From the NCBI GenBank assembly GCA_024704765.1, contig JAKMXF010000335.1:1-64000 (forward strand): a stretch of DNA of 64,000 bases, in the 5' to 3' direction. The stretch's first letter is position 1, and each line of letters opens with the position of its first letter. A model generated the notes under the pieces. It saw only the letters and a program-made list of their open reading frames with translations, ran no database searches and was not told where the DNA came from. A program made the translations under genes and the position numbers. The DNA comes from Oopsacas minuta (lineage: Eukaryota; Animalia; Porifera). Shown here in pieces: positions 57,487 to 64,000 of this stretch.

Positions 57487-59246
57487 ATAATTACTATACT
57501 TACAAAGTTGTACTGTAATCATAAGTACGTGTGTTATGTTTTATCATTTGTGATGCTTTTACAAAGATTGTCTGATTGCTATAAAAGTTATACATATTAA
57601 ATAACACTGTTTATGGAGTTATTCACAGCCAGAGCCGATGTTAGGGCAAGACAGGGAAATTATCCAGGATTATTGAGATCTAGTGAAATAATTAACTACT
57701 TCAATTCCAAAGCTAATTTCATACAACAATGTTGAATTTTTGTTGCATGGAAAATTTAACGTATGGTTGGCTTTAGATTATCTATCTACGAACCTCGCCA
57801 AACCTTTCGATGACCAAATATGTTTTGATTTCGACATACCTCATTCCTCTATACTACACCTTCAAAATTTCCCACGACCATGTTTGAGTTTTACCACAAC
57901 TGTATTGCAATATATCAGAGATCACGAGGCCAGAGTCTTATACATGCTGTCTGGTTAATCTTAACATGTATCTACTAACTAACATTCGATAAATTTCTAT
58001 GAATCTTAGCTGAACATTGGCAGGGTAGAGAGAATATTAGAATTTGTAAACTGATATATTATAGGCGCTATGGTCATTATGTATTTTGTAATAATCCATA
58101 CCTAATAATGGATCTTTCCATCCTCCTGGCAGGAATAGTGGAAGAGATTGGGTAAAATAATACACCATAATTTCCCCTATTAGATAACATACACCACAAG
58201 GTAATACTTACAGGTTAAATTGTAATATTATATACTTATTGTGAGAATATTAACTGTAATGAATAACATATTGAAAACCTGAATAGCACACTATTCAGCA
58301 TGACAAAGGATTGAAATTGAAAAAACAATCAGTGAGCCTTGTCATGTTATACAAGCAATAAGTAGAAAATTAATGCTTGGTCTTTAATGGATCTGTAATA
58401 TTTTGATAATTGACAAAATCTCTTGGATAGAACCCTATACACATATGTTATCTAGAGTCACGCCGTGTCCATGTTTGTACTAACTACCAAGAAGTTCTCG
58501 TATTCCTCTCCTCAATGTAGTGTAGCTTTCTACCAAATATGAGAGAATTCTTTATGAATTAATATGGCCACAGACACAAAGAAATCTCTAATTGTATTCT
58601 GAATAAGGAGTATTCACAGTATCAAATTGAATCATATTAATTACGCTTGCAACTAATATAACTGTTGTTTGTAATTAATGATTCTGAACAAGAACTATAT
58701 GAGTCCAAACAGGACAAACATTTAGTATTTAATATCATTGTGTGTTAGTAATTAACGTCCTTAGTAAATGCTATCTCTCTCCAAGATTAAAGCACTCTTG
58801 AAAATCAGTAAAGTAACTACTATATTTACAAACAGTACCTCGAAAGTGTGACAGAACTTTTGTATTAAGGATTATTAGTACTTGTACTTGTACATTAACA
58901 TTATTTAAAGAGCTTAGACAATATAGGGGTTGGGCGGCGTCAACGGTCTGACCTGACCACTTTTGGCTTTGGCCTATTCAACTGTATGACCGGGTCTGGC
59001 AGCTTTACAATAGATCAAGCCAATCTGCCAATGGTCTGAAGGCCACTTAACGCGTTCCTCTGGCCTTGCAATAGATCACTCTCTGCTTCTCTATACTGAT
59101 TTAATGGAGCAATTTTCTGAATTTTGCTTACACATTTGCTTATTACATTAGTTATAAATTGTAAATGATGTATCATTTAAAAATAAATCTTGATAAGATG
59201 TAGAATATAGAGATTATATGCTTTGGAAATGAATATATTAATAAAG

Positions 59247-61073
59247 TTAAGTATTTGATTCAACTTCATAATGCGCTACCTTATGCAAACCATCATGAAA
59301 CTTGTTTATAATCTTTTCCCAGAACTCAAGCGTTAAATCCTCATCCTCTGTCTCTAAACTATCTGGAATATTCTCTGCAGAGGGAGGGGAACTCCTAATT
59401 TCTTCTCCAGAAATATTTTCCTGTGTTTCTTCATCAACTTGTCTAGAACCTATTGAAGATATTGTCTCTAAGTTAAGAACTTCACTGTTTTGAATATTCC
59501 TCCCTGATTCAGTAGTAATATCAGTTGATTGATTTAGTAATTCTATCTCAGACATAACATGTCTTATTGATCCTTGAGGTGTAGACTGGACACGAGATGC
59601 ATCTAAAAGATTGGTCACATTGATAGTATTTGTAGCAGAAACAGTAGGTCCCTCTATGCTACGACTGTCATTCGTTTGGTTGAGAGAAATTGCTTCATTA
59701 ATGGCCAGAGGAAGCATGGTTTGTGATTTGAACCTTGACCGTAGGCTCGGTGATAATCTATGCAAATGCTCTTGCATAATGCTAACTGAAATGCTAGAAC
59801 TGTTCGTTTGTAATAATCCAATCAAATGATCAAATCTTGTAACAGCCATTAATTCTCTCTTCAGGATAATTAACCAACAAGCTGCTGCAATAGGAAGGAA
59901 TTGCATTGAGGGTGTGTCTAAGCATAAAAAGCAATTATCCCATATAAAATGTACTAAACTAGTCTGCATGTGTCCCACAAACATGTCCTGTATAAATGGT
60001 TTGAACAGCTGAGCGAGGGAAGATACCAGCTGGGGTTCACTGTTATATGTTAAACCACATAGAAAATGATACAAAATAGCTTCATGGGATTTAATAAGGG
60101 CTGTAACATTTAGCGAAAATTCCTTTAACCACATTTCAGTTCCATTAGTGGAGCTATCTGATTGAACAAATTCAGGCGCTGTTTGCAAGAAAGTAATAAA
60201 TAAAGCTAATATTTTCGATAGAATACCAGATTTATTCGGGACGATTGGACTGGATAGTAGTGTTGAGGTTTGTGGAGAATCTAATACAGCAATAACGAAT
60301 GGATATAGTAGTTTGATATGCTGCAGTCTAGGTTGATAATCCTGGAATATTACCTCAGTGTAATAGTATAAGCATTCTGCTAATAGTTCTTCTACAGTAT
60401 CTGTTATACTTCCTATTTTATTAGAAAAATCATTCAAAAGAGTTTTTATCTTATGTAAGCTATCTCCTGTGTGTATTTGCTGACGTTTTATTGTAAGCTC
60501 AATTACTCGCTCTAAATTATGAGCCTGTAGGCAAGACTTCCATACTAAACATCTCATATGAGGAGGAACACTCCTATTCAGATACTTACTGAACTGGCTT
60601 CGCATTTCACAAGCATTACCAGGTTTATCCAACATGAAATCACTGACGTTAAGTAATGAAGATTGTCTGTCAGATAATCCATGTCTAGCTAGAGAATCAT
60701 TCACAGTGCTACTTATTGTACGAGATATTCTTTGCATTGAATTGCTGTTATTTGATGAGATTTGTTTGAGTGCATCACTAATGCATTTTTCTTTTTCTTT
60801 TGGCGAAAAAGTGTGGAATTGAGATATATCGTCTAACTGTGATATTATTGCACTGTATAACTGATCTGAGAGTTCGTTCCATTCTCTGAGACTAGAAACC
60901 TCCAATTGGATTGTGTTATACCATTTTGAGATAATGTCATGTGCATCTTTAGAATTATTCATTGACAATCTATTGAGCAATAAACCAGTAACTAAATGTA
61001 TATTTATAGCAATTACGTACAGCGATGTTGCTAGTATAATACTTGGATATCGAGTAATATACGTACATAACAT
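59247..61073 (-). CDS. TBC/Rab-GAP-like domain protein (divergent)
   Basis: SVPPHMRCLVWKSCL (TBC N-terminal motif) and FIQDMFVG...VHFIWDNCF (TBC C-terminal motif); acidic low-complexity tail. Confidence 0.65.
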   Translation of the reverse strand: MLCTYITRYPSIILATSLYVIAINIHLVTGLLLNRLSMNNSKDAHDIISKWYNTIQLEVSSLREWNELSDQLYSAIISQLDDISQFHTFSPKEKEKCISDALKQISSNNSNSMQRISRTISSTVNDSLARHGLSDRQSSLLNVSDFMLDKPGNACEMRSQFSKYLNRSVPPHMRCLVWKSCLQAHNLERVIELTIKRQQIHTGDSLHKIKTLLNDFSNKIGSITDTVEELLAECLYYYTEVIFQDYQPRLQHIKLLYPFVIAVLDSPQTSTLLSSPIVPNKSGILSKILALFITFLQTAPEFVQSDSSTNGTEMWLKEFSLNVTALIKSHEAILYHFLCGLTYNSEPQLVSSLAQLFKPFIQDMFVGHMQTSLVHFIWDNCFLCLDTPSMQFLPIAAACWLIILKRELMAVTRFDHLIGLLQTNSSSISVSIMQEHLHRLSPSLRSRFKSQTMLPLAINEAISLNQTNDSRSIEGPTVSATNTINVTNLLDASRVQSTPQGSIRHVMSEIELLNQSTDITTESGRNIQNSEVLNLETISSIGSRQVDEETQENISGEEIRSSPPSAENIPDSLETEDEDLTLEFWEKIINKFHDGLHKVAHYEVESNT

Positions 61074-62449
61074 CTTACAGCTAGTTAAAGTTATAATATA
61101 TTTCGTATTGGCAAGTTTTTGTCAACTTTCTCATTATTGGAATTTCAAACCAATCAGCCGCAGATGAAATTCCTAAGTCATAATAAAAACCAATAGCTTT
61201 CATAATTATATGTTAATTGCTACAACAGAACTCGGGGATAAGACGCACCACCTCGGGAATCAAAATAATATATACTTATTACTAACCGAAGTACGTTTTA
61301 ACCGAATATTCTTCTTATACAATTAGTACAAGAATAGAAATACGTTTTGGAGAAAAGTACGTAATAACCGAGTTCTACTGTGCGTATTTACGAAAATTTT
61401 CAAGTCTGTAATGTCACTGTAGGTTGTAAACCAAGGTTGTTCGATTTAAATATTTGATTTTAAATCACGATTAGAATCACCCTCAAAAAATCAAAAATAC
61501 ATAATTTCGTGATTTTACTGTGCTGACTAATACTATTACATGAGTATAGTGCCTCAGTTCTAAATTGGTTGACTTAGTATATATGCATATATTTCCAAAT
61601 AAATATCTGTGGTCTGTAAGTTCCCATTGAATTATAATATTTAGAACTCGGCACTATTAGAGCGACTGGCGGGGTAGAGAGATTTTCTCACCATTCGGGT
61701 TTGCTCATTCCGAAGTGAGGAATACGCTTGGAACGGCTAAAGCAGCTACTAAATACTCATTAATTGCTTGCCCATTCATTTTAAGGCGAATATTGAGGCT
61801 GCTTTCACTTGAAGACGAAATTGGCTAAAATGCCGTGTTATTAATCTATTAAATTAAATTATCTTTCACCAAATGTGGAACCAATCGATAATTTAATAAA
61901 AAGTAAAACAAAAAACATTCAAATATTATTGATTTTATATGATAAATGTATTATTAAAAAAATAACAATATTTGATATAATAAATACAAAACCTGGAGGG
62001 CGGGCGGTGAGACAAATACAATAAAATTTAACATTGCACAACTCACGAATTTTGTCTCCAATTGATTCACTTCACGATTACACAGTTTCAAGCACTTTTG
62101 AGAGAAGGCCAACACTTGGGAAGTCGAGGAAAATGGGACACTTATATACGGACGTATATTAGATCACAATTATAGTGTTTAGACTTGATTAGTGTGAACG
62201 AGAGCATTTTGGGCAAAGAAACATAAACACTCTAACAAATTGATTTATGCTCATTTGGTTCTGTTACAAAGTATGTTGCTGGAATGTATAGCTGAGTCCT
62301 ATAAAATTATAATGTTGTGTGAAAAGAAATAAAAATATACGTGAATCTTCATTGATATTATATTTGAATATATTTTGTTTTAACTATGTGTAGGTATTTA
62401 AGTGCATAAATACCAAATATTCAAAAAGTTTAATAATTTTCTGCTGAAA

Positions 62450-62820
62450 GTATCAAAATACTCTATTCACGATACTAATTTTCGTATTGGCAATGATTAT
62501 TAGTATCAATTCAGAAATCCCTCAACTTTCCGATAGCTTCCTTTAAGGGAAATGCAGAATATAGTACCGTAGAATCTACTATTAGCTTTCTACGTCTTGA
62601 TTTCGCTAGTGATGCTAGAAGAGAGACTACAATCCTACAATATGATATTTATCCATCCAATCTGAGACTACAATGTGATATTTTATCCATCAAATCTGAA
62701 ATGACTAGGAATTAGAGTATTAGCCTCGCTAGTGAAAAGGAGAATGAAGCTTAAATCAATACGGATGGTGTTTCCATTAACACTTCCTCTTACAGGGTTG
62801 TATTAGAGATGCGACGCTAA
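62450..62820 (+). pseudogene. EPDR-like paralog F, degraded
   Basis: TLFTILIFVLAMIISINS-EIPQLSDSF, then after a 2-nt deletion FKGNAEYSTVESTISFLRLDFASDARRE; later stops. Confidence 0.55.
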
Positions 62821-63673
62821 AACGCCAGTATTGGTCGGATCTGATCCGTTCCTTGTTTAAGTTCAAAGGATACGGGATTGGACCGAACCGTCCTTAATTA
62901 TTATTAGCCGTCACAACTATGGGTCATACCAAGGTTCTCATCAACTTACGATTGCCGGACCGAATAAATATGTGACCAGTGTTTGAATATGTCTATAATT
63001 CATCGAGTGAATTGTTCTGTAATTCTCGCTATTCAGGCGAATTGAATGACAATTTCAGTTAGTGTATTAAATTTCTATATCTGACTTAATACACGATGGT
63101 GATTTCAAGAATGAAGATAGAACGCGATTCAGTCAACACTGTAAAACTAAATTAATATAATCCAGCAAAATATATAAATACAAAAATTAGACATTCCGAA
63201 GAAATTAATAATTGTAATATATCTGTTTAATTATGACAGAAATCTTCATACTGTTGCCTATAACTATGACCCATTGGACTCTTGAACTCTCTATGACTTT
63301 AAGAGAAATTCAGAAATATTTATTTAATTCGGTATTACGTTTTAAAATTGTGCTGGCAGTTGCAAAGCACGAATAATGGACAAGGTTGATTCAGTGGAAA
63401 GTTCAGCGATGCTTTGATCACAAAAATCGAAATTGACATTATCAATAAATAATTTTACAAAATTAGCAATGATCTATAGATGTATGAAAATTTTTCAGTT
63501 CTCTAGAGAAAAGTATATTTGTCAATAAATACAAATCAGTTCACTACTTAAGTCATCTGGTTTAATGTTATATGTTGCATTTCGGAGAATTCCATAATTT
63601 GAACTAACAATTTAGCATATTTTGCAATATTCAAAGATAAATCTCTGAAAAACAAAATATACAAGTACTATGC

Positions 63674-63808
63674 CAGCGGCACGTGGTCCACAGAGGACAG
63701 CAGGGATCCACGGATCAAAGAATTTGCATTACAGTCTATGGGAGGGATTCACAGAATGTGATATAATTAGCATAGGGGTCTACTGGCGAAAATGGTTGGG
63801 AACCGCTG
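63674..63808. mobile_element. hAT-type MITE
   Basis: CAGCGG termini, ...GGTTGGGAACCGCTG right end; flanks TACTATGC / TACTATAC (7 of 8 match). Confidence 0.7.
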
Positions 63809-64000
63809 TACTATACGTATGTCAGATATGAATTATACAATATTTGTTTTTATTAGCAGCTATTCTCTCCAGATGAACAGCATTATTAGACCAGTGATAA
63901 TATTATTGATTTTGTATTATACAACAAACGCAGAGTTCCCAATCCTCTCAAAAGAGTTATTCCTTTGAGGTAATAGCTAAATACGTAGTAAGAGATCTGA

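Noticed and set aside
58920-59090. GC-rich segment, possible ribozyme or SINE
   Set aside because: Could not build a convincing HDV-like fold or find Pol III boxes.
61640-61760. GC-rich segment, possible structured ncRNA
   Set aside because: No U3, SRP, RNase P/MRP or spliceosomal hallmark recognised.
1-64000. CRISPR arrays, rRNA, prokaryotic operons, viral genes
   Set aside because: The tandem repeats lack unique spacers; no such features were seen and the DNA is intron-containing and eukaryotic.

Overview
Eukaryotic, AT-rich, gene-dense DNA with GT-AG introns; no prokaryotic operons, rRNA or CRISPR seen. The gene-family mix (expanded NHL-repeat, TRAF-type zinc-finger, SRCR, ependymin-like and orphan 7TM genes, many intronless) suggests an early-branching animal, most plausibly a sponge; this is inference only. 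Conserved genes: a DHRS11-like SDR, PPP1R37, DPM2, an AADAC/NCEH1-like lipase, a 4-exon GLUT10/12-like transporter, a TBC-like protein, and an 11-exon site-1 protease (MBTPS1, 41527 to 22174, 1060 aa by hand splicing). The long MBTPS1 introns carry nested genes, an orphan SRCR exon, a tRNA-His relic and a fold-back repeat. The most unusual content is (1) a six-member family of ependymin-like proteins with GPI-anchor-type tails and very different Thr-rich stalks, one of which has a 39/42-bp tandem repeat whose 1-nt indels switch the reading frame and disconnect the anchor; (2) a SEFIR-plus-LRR gene; (3) an orphan 7TM family; and (4) an 8-TM receptor-like protein with repeated SIxxIL motifs. Many hAT, Tc1/pogo, Harbinger-like and Helitron-like non-autonomous elements are interspersed. 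All assignments are by eye; no searches were run.
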